Source of the DNA: Candidatus Poribacteria bacterium
Lineage (GTDB): Bacteria; Poribacteria; WGA-4E; PCPOR2b
Reading direction: 5' to 3'
Assembly (NCBI GenBank): GCA_965208675.1
Contig: OZ242351.1
Span: forward strand, 768,001-832,000
Length of the DNA stretch: 64,000 bases
A program made the position numbers and the translations under genes. The notes under the pieces were generated by a model. That model did no database searches, had not been told where the DNA came from, and worked only from the letters and a program-made list of their open reading frames with translations. This document shows, piece by piece, positions 37,658-47,302 of the stretch; within the stretch, counting starts at the first letter, position 1; each line of letters starts with the position of its first letter.

Positions 37658-38614
37658 TTACCCAATCCTATACTTTCCCAACCCGAACATTGCGTTATTG
37701 CCGACGTGCAGGAGTTCGCCTAGCACTACGAACGGCATAAACATCGCTAGTTCACCTTCATAAGTAACATTACCAACCAGTCCGTCGAACTGCGCCTTTT
37801 TATCCTGCCGCGACGCATGTTGTGTCACATCTTTCCACTCAAGTGAGGTTTCGGTCGTTTTAACAGTCTTCGCCTTTTCAATTAGTTCTTTAAAGTCGAT
37901 TTCTAGCGATTCACCGCAATGGAAATACGCCAGCGCCGAGATGCGTTCAATCAAATGCTTCCAGAAGACGTGGAACGGCAGCTTATCCATTAACTCTCCG
38001 TCATGCGCGATCCGTGTTGGTGCCAGTAGATGCAGCGTCAAGGTATTCAATGAGTCAAAACGCGCAGCGAGCAATGATAAGGCTTCCCTCTGAATCTCGG
38101 CAAATCTGAGAGCGTTATCAAAATTGTGCACCATCTGCGTGTCGCTATCATAGACCGACTCCCTGCTGTCGGTCAGGACTTGGGTCAACTGAAAGCGCCC
38201 ACGCTTCTTGCCAATGCCGCTCTCGCCCAAGTCGCGGAAACTGACTAAAAAATATGGCAGGTAATCAATAGCACGGCCGATGAGTGTAAGTTGAAATGCG
38301 AAGGATTCGCCGCGGCGGTATTCGCCTTGCGTACCTAACGGATCAATTACGAACGGTCTGGGCACATCGTCGTAGGATGGGAACTGATCCGCTCCTTCGA
38401 AGGGGGCGGTTTCAAAGTTGTAAGGGTAGGAACAGACTGTTTTGAGGGTGCAATCTCGGCAGTCAATGGATCCTTGCGTGCAGACCAACTTTCGGAATGC
38501 CGGTCCCAATCCCGCCCGGAGGGTAGAGCCGGTGTAAGGCGGCATCATAATTGTTGATCGCGCCGTTAGAATCACATGGTAACGCGCAAGCCGGAAGTTT
38601 TGCAGTAAGCTCAT
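37658..38614 (-). CDS. cas6: Cas6-family RAMP endoribonuclease (standalone, Zn-finger-containing type)
   Basis: GSTLR.G.G, C-x6-CxxC-x5-C, VPRPFVI, LTLIG, GIG..RG.F.L, SRQ, C-terminal G-rich loop LHVGNNAMFGLGKY. Confidence 0.88.
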   Translation of the reverse strand: MSLLQNFRLARYHVILTARSTIMMPPYTGSTLRAGLGPAFRKLVCTQGSIDCRDCTLKTVCSYPYNFETAPFEGADQFPSYDDVPRPFVIDPLGTQGEYRRGESFAFQLTLIGRAIDYLPYFLVSFRDLGESGIGKKRGRFQLTQVLTDSRESVYDSDTQMVHNFDNALRFAEIQREALSLLAARFDSLNTLTLHLLAPTRIAHDGELMDKLPFHVFWKHLIERISALAYFHCGESLEIDFKELIEKAKTVKTTETSLEWKDVTQHASRQDKKAQFDGLVGNVTYEGELAMFMPFVVLGELLHVGNNAMFGLGKYRIG

Positions 38615-38799
38615 CGGTTTAATCTTTTTACCATCTTGTGTTGATAATTGTCAATCAAAAAATGCACCATCCAATCGCGTCGCAAACAAAACAATCGAGT
38701 CTATTCATGCTAATTCAACATTGTTCTGAAGTTCTCAACTCACGCACGCAGGCTTGGTGGGATTCCTTAGTATGGCGGCGTATATCAAGCAGATAAGAC

Positions 38800-38828
38800 T
38801 TGTTAATTTATTAACAACGCGTTATAAT
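38800..38828 (+). promoter_or_regulatory. Promoter with an overlapping 18-bp palindromic operator
   Basis: TTGTTAAT-TT-ATTAACAA perfect palindrome (38800-38817); TTGTTA-17 nt-TATAAT. Confidence 0.55.
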
Positions 38829-39016
38829 ATACATCATATCTCGTACTGGTTTGGTTTGAAAGATTAGTGCTTGAATCGACCAATTTTAAGGTTGATTTTA
38901 CCGCCGTGCTGCAAAAAAGAGTCGCCTGAATCGTCGAAGTATATCTAAATTAGCGTTGACCGAGTCCATCTCAACTCATCCTGGACGTTTTTGTACATTT
39001 GAACGGGGTTAATTTT

Positions 39017-40393
39017 ATGAACAGCGGCGAAAAAGCAATTCGTTGGTTCAGAATTAGATTGGCGATGTTAATGGTGCTAAAAAAGGTCCTCGCAGCCGCA
39101 ACGGTATGGGGGTTGCTTTGGGGCACCGCGATTATCGTGCTCCGCGCAACTATTGGGATGCCGCGTTTCACGCTGCTGGTCGGCGTTATCGGTCTATCAA
39201 TTGCCGTAATCGTTGCTATTATACTCGCGTTGCGTAAAATTCCGAATCGAATTGCCGTAAGAGCTAGCCTAGACAAATACAGCGGCTCCGGCGGGCTTGT
39301 GATGGCGGCAGAAACTGAAGCGCTGGGAAAATGGTCTGAACACATGCCGCGGATCCACCAACCGCGTTTCCGTTGGCGCGGCGGGATTTCTTTAGTCCGC
39401 TTTGCCGGGGCTGCCGTATTTGTATTTATTAGCTTCTTGATTCCGCAACGGTTTGTAGAAATCTCTAAAGCACACCCTCTCGATATCAGCGAAGAGGTCA
39501 ACCAATTGGCGGACGGACTTGATGTGCTCAAAGAAGAAGAGATTATAGAATTAACCCAGGCGGAAGCGCTCGAAAAAAAATTGGATCAGCTCCAAACGGA
39601 GGCTGCAGGCGAAGATCCGGCCAAGACATGGGAAGCGTTGGACCATCTCACGGATGTCATCTCGCAAGAATCCACGGCGGCTGCGGAGGACGCCCTGAGC
39701 GAAACCGAAGGCTTGACGGAGGCAGAAACGCTGGCGGATGCGTTAATGAACGATGCATCAGAAATGGATTCCCGGCTGTTAGCTGAGGCAATGACGGCGT
39801 TGTCTGGTTTGCTTCAGAAGGCGGGTGAAGAGAATGAGTTGCTGGCTGAACAGCTTTCAAATTTGGATGCCGATGCGGGGGAGTTTACCTCCGAGCAACT
39901 TAAAGAAATCTCCGCGGCGTTGCGTCTCTCTAAACGAGAAATCATGGATCGCCTAGCGAAGCTTAATGAAGTTAATCTGATTGATTTGGAAACGCTGAAT
40001 GCGTGCGAGAAGCTTGGGGAGTGCAACAGCGATGGCCTTGCCGCTTTCCTCGCCGAAAACTCGGGACTCATGTCGGTATCCGATTGCGTCAGCGGTTGGT
40101 GTCAGGGCGGTATCGGACGCGGACCTGGCCATGCACCCATGACCTGGACCGACGGCTCCACGGAGGAGGGTGCGGAGTTCAAAGAAGAAACTCTTCCACT
40201 ATCGAACATCGCGTCGCTTCAGGATAGTGAAATTTTTGGGATTAGCGCGGCTGCACCATCAGTAGAGTCATCAAATCCGATAGTGCAATCGGCAGCACTC
40301 AATGGTGCAACGGTTGGCGGAGGTTCATCCGTAACTCAAACCGTCCTGCCCCGTCACAAAGCGTCAGTTAAACGGTATTTTGACAGGCCGTAA
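39017..40393 (+). CDS. Membrane protein with acidic coiled-coil C-terminus (MoxR/vWA cluster partner)
   Basis: Three N-terminal TM helices, a long E/L-rich helical region, GGIGRGPG, and C-terminal LPRH...VKRYF. Confidence 0.8.
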   Translation: MNSGEKAIRWFRIRLAMLMVLKKVLAAATVWGLLWGTAIIVLRATIGMPRFTLLVGVIGLSIAVIVAIILALRKIPNRIAVRASLDKYSGSGGLVMAAETEALGKWSEHMPRIHQPRFRWRGGISLVRFAGAAVFVFISFLIPQRFVEISKAHPLDISEEVNQLADGLDVLKEEEIIELTQAEALEKKLDQLQTEAAGEDPAKTWEALDHLTDVISQESTAAAEDALSETEGLTEAETLADALMNDASEMDSRLLAEAMTALSGLLQKAGEENELLAEQLSNLDADAGEFTSEQLKEISAALRLSKREIMDRLAKLNEVNLIDLETLNACEKLGECNSDGLAAFLAENSGLMSVSDCVSGWCQGGIGRGPGHAPMTWTDGSTEEGAEFKEETLPLSNIASLQDSEIFGISAAAPSVESSNPIVQSAALNGATVGGGSSVTQTVLPRHKASVKRYFDRP

Positions 40394-40405
40394 TACAGCG
40401 TTGAC

Positions 40406-40496
40406 GTAGGCATAATTGAATTGACTCGCAATTAAATCTATACGGTAATTCTTAAACCTATCGAAAAGCGATGATGGCGGCGGTCATTATGCCTAC
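40406..40496. repeat. GTAG-type REP-like inverted pair
   Basis: GTAGGCATAAT ... ATTATGCCTAC. Confidence 0.55.
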
Positions 40497-40797
40497 TATT
40501 TTCACTAGCAAGAGCACGGGGCACTCGGTGTTGTATTGCCAGAAGGAAGCCGCGTAAAGAAGCCTAATTAATTCAAAGGCTATTTCAATATCGAAGAAGA
40601 CAGATACTGATTACGAGTCTTGCTTGATATAGATTCTCCAATTCACATCAGCCGTCGGAATTGACACTATCAGGCAATCCAGCGGCGATTGCGATAGGCT
40701 TTACTGTAGGTTAAAAAGGTTAAAATTTTCACCTTCCCTTATCAGCCAGTTGATCCGCTTTAGAATAAGGGAGGATTCCTCGATCGAAGCGCAACGC

Positions 40798-41006
40798 ACT
40801 AGGTTCTGTTGACATTTTGCGGCTACTGATTCGGCAAACGTTGTCACCATTGGATAATCTGATATAAGTAGCGCAAACTGTTAGTTTGCGGGCTCGAATC
40901 ACAATCTAACAGATTGTGTTACAAAAGATTCCTTTGTACTTGATAGGGACTGCCGTTTAACCGTTCAATTCAACCTACGGGATGCCAAATGTCAACAAAA
41001 CCTAGT
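40798..41006. mobile_element. MITE-like element (~210 bp) containing a nested REP-like doublet
   Basis: ACTAGGTTCTGTTGACATTT / AAATGTCAACAAAACCTAGT (19/20 inverted match, CTAG at both ends). Confidence 0.7.
40868..40922. repeat. GTAG-type REP doublet (REPIN-like)
   Basis: GTAGCGCAAACTGTTAGTTTGCG and inverted CACAATCTAACAGATTGTGTTAC, each internally palindromic. Confidence 0.65.
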
Positions 41007-41092
41007 AAAATATTTTGTCCGATAGAGTTCTTCGCAAAATTTTGGATTTTCCGGTCAGCTTATTCACCCTCTCACTCCACACCTAAGATATA

Positions 41093-42148
41093 ATGCCAGA
41101 TAACGAGAAGTCCGAAAGCCTGCTTCAACCTGAAGAACTGAGCCCCGCTGTCGATCTTGCGGCGAGAGCACTTGCGGAACTCGACCGCATCCTCCTCGGT
41201 CGTTCCGATTTGCATCGCATGGTGCTCATCGGAATTCTGAGTCATGGACACATTCTGCTTGAGGGAGTGCCCGGAGTCGGTAAAACTGCACTTGTGAAGG
41301 CGTTGGGTCAGCTACTTAACCTCGAATTCAACCGCGTCCAGTTCACGCCAGACTTGATGCCGGGCGACATTGTCGGTACACATATACTGCAGCAATCCTC
41401 GGAGGGGAACCGGGAAATGACGTTCCAAGCGGGACCAGTTTTCACGAACATCCTGCTCGCCGATGAGATTAACCGCGCTTCTCCGAAAACCCAATCCGCA
41501 TTGCTTGAAGCAATGCAGGAGCGGTGCGTCACGCTGCTTGGGAATACTCGCCAGTTGCCGAATCCTTTTTTCGTCCTAGCCTCTCAAAACCCTATCGAAT
41601 TGGAGGGAACGTATCCGCTCCCCGAAGCGCAGTTGGATCGATTCCTGTTCAAACTAATCGTCCCTAACGCCGATGTGGAGGTGCTCGACGACATTATCTC
41701 AACCCGCCGGCGCGGCGAACCGCCCGTACCCGCATGGTCAATGCACGCCGAGGAACTGCATCAGCTATTCGATGTGATGGATAAAATATTTTTGCCCAAG
41801 CCCGTTTCGCGATACATTTCACGTTTGACCGCATCTACCCATCCAAATTTTCCTGAGTCTACCGATGATGTTAGAAGATACGTTACCTACGCCGCATCGC
41901 CGCGAGCTGCCATAGCGATGGCGGAGGCGGCGCGAGCCTCTGCTTTGATTTCGGGCCGCCCAACGGTTGGATTTGAAGATGTAAAATTAGTCGCTCCGTC
42001 CGTGCTGAATCACCGCGTAATTTTGAATTATCAGGCCCGCTTCGATAGTGTGGATACCTTCGCAGTAGTGAGTAGTCTTCTTGACTCCCTTGACGAAACT
42101 AACTTGAATCTGCCCGATGACGTTGAGATCCGATTCGAGTCAGAGTGA
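41093..42148 (+). CDS. moxR: MoxR-family AAA+ ATPase
   Basis: HILLEGVPGVGKT, RVQFTPDLMP.D, LADEINRASPKTQSALLEAMQE, QNPIELEGTYPLPEAQLDRF. Confidence 0.96.
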   Translation: MPDNEKSESLLQPEELSPAVDLAARALAELDRILLGRSDLHRMVLIGILSHGHILLEGVPGVGKTALVKALGQLLNLEFNRVQFTPDLMPGDIVGTHILQQSSEGNREMTFQAGPVFTNILLADEINRASPKTQSALLEAMQERCVTLLGNTRQLPNPFFVLASQNPIELEGTYPLPEAQLDRFLFKLIVPNADVEVLDDIISTRRRGEPPVPAWSMHAEELHQLFDVMDKIFLPKPVSRYISRLTASTHPNFPESTDDVRRYVTYAASPRAAIAMAEAARASALISGRPTVGFEDVKLVAPSVLNHRVILNYQARFDSVDTFAVVSSLLDSLDETNLNLPDDVEIRFESE

Positions 42149-42275
42149 GTTTGGATCGTGAACCATCCTAACTAGAATTTGGCAATGGATGAAAACCAAC
42201 CCTTCATTTCATACCAATCGATACAAGACCGCGAATCACTTTTGCCACGACTGACATAATCGGAGGAATCTACCA

Positions 42276-44390
42276 GTGAAGCATTCCACGCCTTATTCCA
42301 TCCTCTTTCTTGCCGCCGTGTGGCTGTGTTATACCGAATCTAGTACATTCGCGCAGAAACATTTTGACGATATAATAATTACACCGGAACTCACCCCAAG
42401 CGGCAGTAGTTTCCACGGATATGCGGAATACAGAATTAATGTATCTAATCGCTCGCCTGACAAAGCGCATCTCGTAACATTGGCGTTGCCGAAGACCAAT
42501 TACGGAATGTTTGGCAATCAAATCCGAAAAATCACCCGTTCAGTAATTGTCGGCCCCTCCGCTACTGCCCGGGTCACCTTGTTTCAGCCTTCAGTAAGGC
42601 TAGATGGACACGGTCTAGAAGTCACCATAGACGGTAAAGTGCAAGATGACGCGGCTCCACTGTCTATCGGCAATCACGGCAGCCACGACAACTTTTTCAT
42701 GCGTCACCACACGGCGGGTATGCCGCACGCGGTACGCAGCAGCAATCCTGAGATTCGAATTTTGATTAGTCGCAGTGTGGACACAGCCGATTTGCATACG
42801 CACGTGGGTAATCAACTCCACACTTTGAGGTCAACAGGCGGCTTCTCACCATCTGGAGGTGTACCTCACCCATTTGCACCGCCAAGTTCGGGAACCGGTT
42901 ATGAAACCATCGACCTCGGATTCCCGGTTTCGGCGTGGAGCACCAGTTGGCTCGGTTATTCTCGATACGACAGCGTGATTGTCACAGGCGATGACGTTAA
43001 AATGATGCCGCCGGATGTTCAATCCGCGTTGTGGCGCTACGTGGAATGCGGCGGCGCTCTACTTGTATTGGGAGGACGGGAACTTCCCAATATTTGGGGG
43101 TTGAAGCCCGCGCCCGACACTACCGAATTTGATAACAATCATGTCGGTTTCGGTCAGTGCATCGTGACAGCTGACGTGAATACCACTCACTTAACGCCAG
43201 AACTGTGGTCTGAGATTGTGTCTTCGTGGTTGAAGACTGAAAATCCGGGGAGAACCGGTCGGACGGTTGAGGGTGCTAATGCGATGTTTCCGGTGGTGGA
43301 AGGTCTAGGGGTTCCTGCGCGCGGCATGTACCTATTAATGCTCCTGTTCGCCGTCACGATTGGCCCGGTGAACCTCATAATACTGTCGCGAAAAAAACGG
43401 GGCATCTGGATGCTTTGGATAGTGCCGGCAATCTCGCTCATGACGTGTCTCGCTGTCTTTGTGTACGCGACGTTCGCCGAAGGGTGGGAACGACACGCCC
43501 GAATCGAAGGGCTAACACTACTCAACGAAAAGACTCACCGCGCCACAACAATTGGTTGGACTGCGTTCTATTCAGCGCTCACGCCATCCGACGGTTTGCA
43601 CTTCGGTTATGATACGGAGTTGACGCCCCAAATTGCCTCTTCTCAGATGGCTGGTACACCTCGCTCGGTCGACTGGACGAACGGCCAACACATGGTAAGC
43701 GGTTGGATGACTGCGCGCGTTCCGGCGCATTTCATGCTGCGCAAGAGCGAAGTGAGGCGTGAGCGTGTCACGGTTAGACGGGGAACAGATAAACGCCTAA
43801 GCATTGTTAACGGTCTAGGAGCTGTCATAAAACAGTTCTGGTTGGCAGATTATGATGGTGCAATCTATTTTGGAAAGGACATTCCTGCAGGTGCGGAAGC
43901 GGAATTGAGTGCGCGTACGCAATTGCGTCTAGGCAACCCTGGTAGAGTTGATGAGACATTTCAATTTGAACTATGGGATTCATCTGTCAATATGGATCTG
44001 GATGCCGGGGAAATGTCCCCATTGCTAAGGGACGAGATGAAATGGCGAGGCGAGCCGCTCTCCGATGATGTTTCCGTAGCCGTTTCAAAGCACGGTCATG
44101 AGTGGGTGATAACGGATAGCCTCTTGAATCGGACTTACACCATTAAGGCAGACATTATCGACGGCCCACTCCGAATTCATAGTAACGCAGCGCCTAGTTT
44201 GCGGGGTATATTTGCCGCTGATGATTGGATTCACAACATTAATTATCTCAAGGAAGCTCCGGTAAACTATCTCCGCCGCAACTGTTATATCGCAGAATTA
44301 TCGTCTGCTCCATTTATTGAGGAGGGACTTCGAAACACGACAGAAAAAAGATATAGCTCCGTCGTTTATGGCATTTTGGACGAGGAATGA
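42276..44390 (+). CDS. Membrane protein with GATase-like extracellular domain (MoxR/vWA/ABC cluster) and an inserted ~75-aa domain
   Basis: Signal peptide; W.GYSRYD...ALWRYVECGG.L; TM pair with IGPVN; insertion at about 43950-44180. Confidence 0.8.
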   Translation: MKHSTPYSILFLAAVWLCYTESSTFAQKHFDDIIITPELTPSGSSFHGYAEYRINVSNRSPDKAHLVTLALPKTNYGMFGNQIRKITRSVIVGPSATARVTLFQPSVRLDGHGLEVTIDGKVQDDAAPLSIGNHGSHDNFFMRHHTAGMPHAVRSSNPEIRILISRSVDTADLHTHVGNQLHTLRSTGGFSPSGGVPHPFAPPSSGTGYETIDLGFPVSAWSTSWLGYSRYDSVIVTGDDVKMMPPDVQSALWRYVECGGALLVLGGRELPNIWGLKPAPDTTEFDNNHVGFGQCIVTADVNTTHLTPELWSEIVSSWLKTENPGRTGRTVEGANAMFPVVEGLGVPARGMYLLMLLFAVTIGPVNLIILSRKKRGIWMLWIVPAISLMTCLAVFVYATFAEGWERHARIEGLTLLNEKTHRATTIGWTAFYSALTPSDGLHFGYDTELTPQIASSQMAGTPRSVDWTNGQHMVSGWMTARVPAHFMLRKSEVRRERVTVRRGTDKRLSIVNGLGAVIKQFWLADYDGAIYFGKDIPAGAEAELSARTQLRLGNPGRVDETFQFELWDSSVNMDLDAGEMSPLLRDEMKWRGEPLSDDVSVAVSKHGHEWVITDSLLNRTYTIKADIIDGPLRIHSNAAPSLRGIFAADDWIHNINYLKEAPVNYLRRNCYIAELSSAPFIEEGLRNTTEKRYSSVVYGILDEE

Positions 44391-44605
44391 GTATCAAATT
44401 ACATTACAATTTAGGTGGGAATAAACGTAACTTTTGTTGGAGATTGTACGTAGCGCAACAAGACACTTGTCTCAATCTATCGCTTTGGGAAGAAATCTTA
44501 ATGACGAAGATCTAGACCTACAAATCAAGACCGATTGGTTTTTGTGTACCGCGTATAGTGCCATGAATAGCGGTGCAAACCGCTTTAAACCAAGGGAGTT
44601 CTCCG

Positions 44606-45535
44606 ATGCAAATCAATGTCGATCACGTCAAGAAATATTTCGGCCGAACCCGCGCCGTTGACAATATTTCATTCTCGTTTTCATCGGGAGACGTTGTCGG
44701 TTTTGTCGGTCCCAATGGCGCCGGCAAAACTACGATGATGAGAATCTTGGCGACACTTGATGAGCCGACGAGTGGTGACGCCACGATTGACGGTGTCTCT
44801 ATTGTCGAAGCCCCGGAAAATGCCCGCCGGCTGGTTGGGTATGTGCCGGACGCTCTTCCGGCGCACCGGGATATCTCTGTACACGACTACTTGGACTTTT
44901 TCGCCCGCGCTTACGGACTGGGCAGCGTCAAGCGTAAACAGGTGGTCGAAAGTATAGAAGGTTTTACTAACCTTACCGGTATTCGAGAAAAAACTCTTTA
45001 CGCACTATCAAAGGGTATGAAACAACGAGTTAGTCTTGCACGCGCGCTCGTACACGACCCGCCGGTATTGGTGATGGATGAGCCAGCCGCAGGGCTCGAT
45101 CCGCGGGCACGGGTCGAACTGAGAGAACTCTTGAGGATTCTTTCCGGTGATGGAAAAGCCATTCTAATTAGCTCGCACATCCTAACCGAACTCTCGGAAA
45201 TCTGCGACGGCGCAGTCATAATTGAACAGGGCAAGATTGTCGCATCTGGAAACCTACAAGAAATCGCTGGCCAGGGTACAGAGCAGTGCACGGTTGTGAT
45301 TCGATCTCTCAACCGGCAAGACGAAATGTATAAGGCGATGCTCATAATGCCGAACGTGGCGGCGGTAAATCAGTTGGGCGGCGAGATAGAGGTGAAAATC
45401 TCCGGATCGGAAGACACCTGCAGCGAACTGCTCGAAATTCTGATAAAGAGTGGATATCGAATCGTTGAGTTCAAACAACGGGGCAGCGATTTGGAATCGG
45501 TGTTCATGAATGTAACAACAGGGGTAGTGCAATGA
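44606..45535 (+). CDS. ABC-2-type transporter ATP-binding protein
   Basis: GPNGAGKTT, LSKGMKQR, MDEPAAGLDP, ISSHIL. Confidence 0.94.
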   Translation: MQINVDHVKKYFGRTRAVDNISFSFSSGDVVGFVGPNGAGKTTMMRILATLDEPTSGDATIDGVSIVEAPENARRLVGYVPDALPAHRDISVHDYLDFFARAYGLGSVKRKQVVESIEGFTNLTGIREKTLYALSKGMKQRVSLARALVHDPPVLVMDEPAAGLDPRARVELRELLRILSGDGKAILISSHILTELSEICDGAVIIEQGKIVASGNLQEIAGQGTEQCTVVIRSLNRQDEMYKAMLIMPNVAAVNQLGGEIEVKISGSEDTCSELLEILIKSGYRIVEFKQRGSDLESVFMNVTTGVVQ

Positions 45536-47049
45536 ATTTCGTTACGGTTCTTCTTGAAAAATTTACCGACTCGCTCAATCCCATCGTTGTCAAAGAGTTG
45601 CGGCAAGCGGTGCAAGGCAAACTTTTTAGCGTGATATTGATGGTGTTTCTCGGATTGCTGCTGCTTACTATGGGATTATTCTTATCAAGTGAAACCATGG
45701 AATTGTCTTTCAATGCGGGGCGTAACCTATTTGGAGTATTGATCAGTATTTTACTAGGCACATGCTTGCTATTCGTACCGGCATATACGGGCATCCGGTT
45801 GGGAGCCGAACGGTCAGACGCCAACGTCGACCTGCTGTTCATAACGACGCTGCCGCCGCGTTCCATAATATGGGGCAAATTCCTCGCCGCCCTTGTGCTT
45901 ACCGTCTTGCTTTACAGCGCGTGCCTGCCGTTTATGACCTTTACTTATTTGTTGCGGGGCGTTGACTTGCCGTCCATTTTTGTCCTCATGGCGTTCACTT
46001 TTATTATTGCGGGGGTTGCCATCCAGTGCGCCATCTTTCTCGGTTGCATTCCTGCCAATCGGTTCTTCAGAGTAATACTCGGCGTTGGGTGGCTTGTCGC
46101 TGTAGCTTCCAGCATTCCAACATTGAGTATCATGATGTATGCTCCTGGCGGACTCCTTAACTCCGGCATAGGCAGCCTCATAGGGACATGGCGATTCTGG
46201 CGAATCGCACTGAGCGTGTTGGCTGGCGGGATGGCACTGATAAGTCTACTTGGTCTATTGTCAATCGCACTAATTAGCCCACTGTCGAGTAATCGAGCAC
46301 TGCCGGTGCGGCTCTTTGTCGCCGGAGTTTGGTTCTTAACCGGCATTGGCACCACAATTTGGAGCATTGCATCAAATAACCTCACTCCAGTCGGAGTGTG
46401 GGCAGCCGCGCACGTTCTTCTACATTCCATCGGTCTATTAATTGCAGTGAGCGAGAGAGAGCATTTAGGGCTACGGGTTAGCCACAGCATTCCGCGTAGA
46501 CGTTGGCGCCGTCCGCTCGCGTTTCTCTTTTACAGCGGTGCAGCCGGAGGCGTTTTGTGGTCATCGCTAACGATTGTCCTCACTCTAATTACTATTGTCG
46601 TATTAGTGGAGCGTTACCCGCTCATGTGGACCGGACAGTTTTATAACGATTTTCTGACAATAAATATCGTCATACCGCTCCACGCGTTAATCTATGCTCT
46701 AGGTGCCTCGATCATAAGAAGACGCTTCTTCGCAAATCGTATCTCCGGCGGTTATACCTGCCTCATAGCGATAATATTGTTCGGCGTTACGACGATGATT
46801 GTACCGCTCATTCTGTTTTTCATAACCGGAATTTGGCAAAAAGACTGGTTGGTTGGCAGTCCTATTGGCCCCATCCTTGCCGTCCCGGACAGTGAGTACC
46901 ACCTTGCCTACAGCAGTTTGGGAATAGCGGTCGTTGGTGCATTGCTAGTCTGTGCCTTAAGTATTCCGTGGTTTTTCAGACAAATCCGCAATTTTCATCC
47001 GCCAAATAAAAACACCACGCCTCAATTCCGGACAAATGAGCCTAGTTAA
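45532..47049 (+). CDS. ABC-2-type transporter permease
   Basis: NPIVVKELRQ, ER....DLLFIT.L....IIWGK; multiple TM helices; ATGA overlap with the ATPase gene. Confidence 0.88.
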   Translation: MNFVTVLLEKFTDSLNPIVVKELRQAVQGKLFSVILMVFLGLLLLTMGLFLSSETMELSFNAGRNLFGVLISILLGTCLLFVPAYTGIRLGAERSDANVDLLFITTLPPRSIIWGKFLAALVLTVLLYSACLPFMTFTYLLRGVDLPSIFVLMAFTFIIAGVAIQCAIFLGCIPANRFFRVILGVGWLVAVASSIPTLSIMMYAPGGLLNSGIGSLIGTWRFWRIALSVLAGGMALISLLGLLSIALISPLSSNRALPVRLFVAGVWFLTGIGTTIWSIASNNLTPVGVWAAAHVLLHSIGLLIAVSEREHLGLRVSHSIPRRRWRRPLAFLFYSGAAGGVLWSSLTIVLTLITIVVLVERYPLMWTGQFYNDFLTINIVIPLHALIYALGASIIRRRFFANRISGGYTCLIAIILFGVTTMIVPLILFFITGIWQKDWLVGSPIGPILAVPDSEYHLAYSSLGIAVVGALLVCALSIPWFFRQIRNFHPPNKNTTPQFRTNEPS

Positions 47050-47302
47050 CTCTATTTCTCAAATCTGGCTTGGCGGCCAAATAATCGCGGCGTAATTTCC
47101 CCGCCGGAAATCTGCGTAGATTCAACTTGGTTCAGTTTACACCAGCGCAGTTCATCACGCGCCGAATTATTATCATCGCGCTTGTTAACTGCCTGAGATA
47201 CTATTTTGCGCAAAAAGTGGTATAGAGACTGAATCTTGGCGGAAGTAGCCGATGGCCTAAATAATCTCTGCACTAACTCTTTAAAACTCTGGAGGTAACA
47301 CT

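Noticed and set aside
38781-40631. Inverted pair TATATCAAGCA...AAGACT flanking the 464-aa gene as transposon ends
   Set aside because: Only an 11-bp exact match plus a gapped extension, no target duplication, and the enclosed gene belongs to the MoxR cluster.
37550-41092. CRISPR array or mini-array near cas6
   Set aside because: No direct repeats with regular spacing were found by eye in the flanking intergenic regions; only inverted repeats and REPs.
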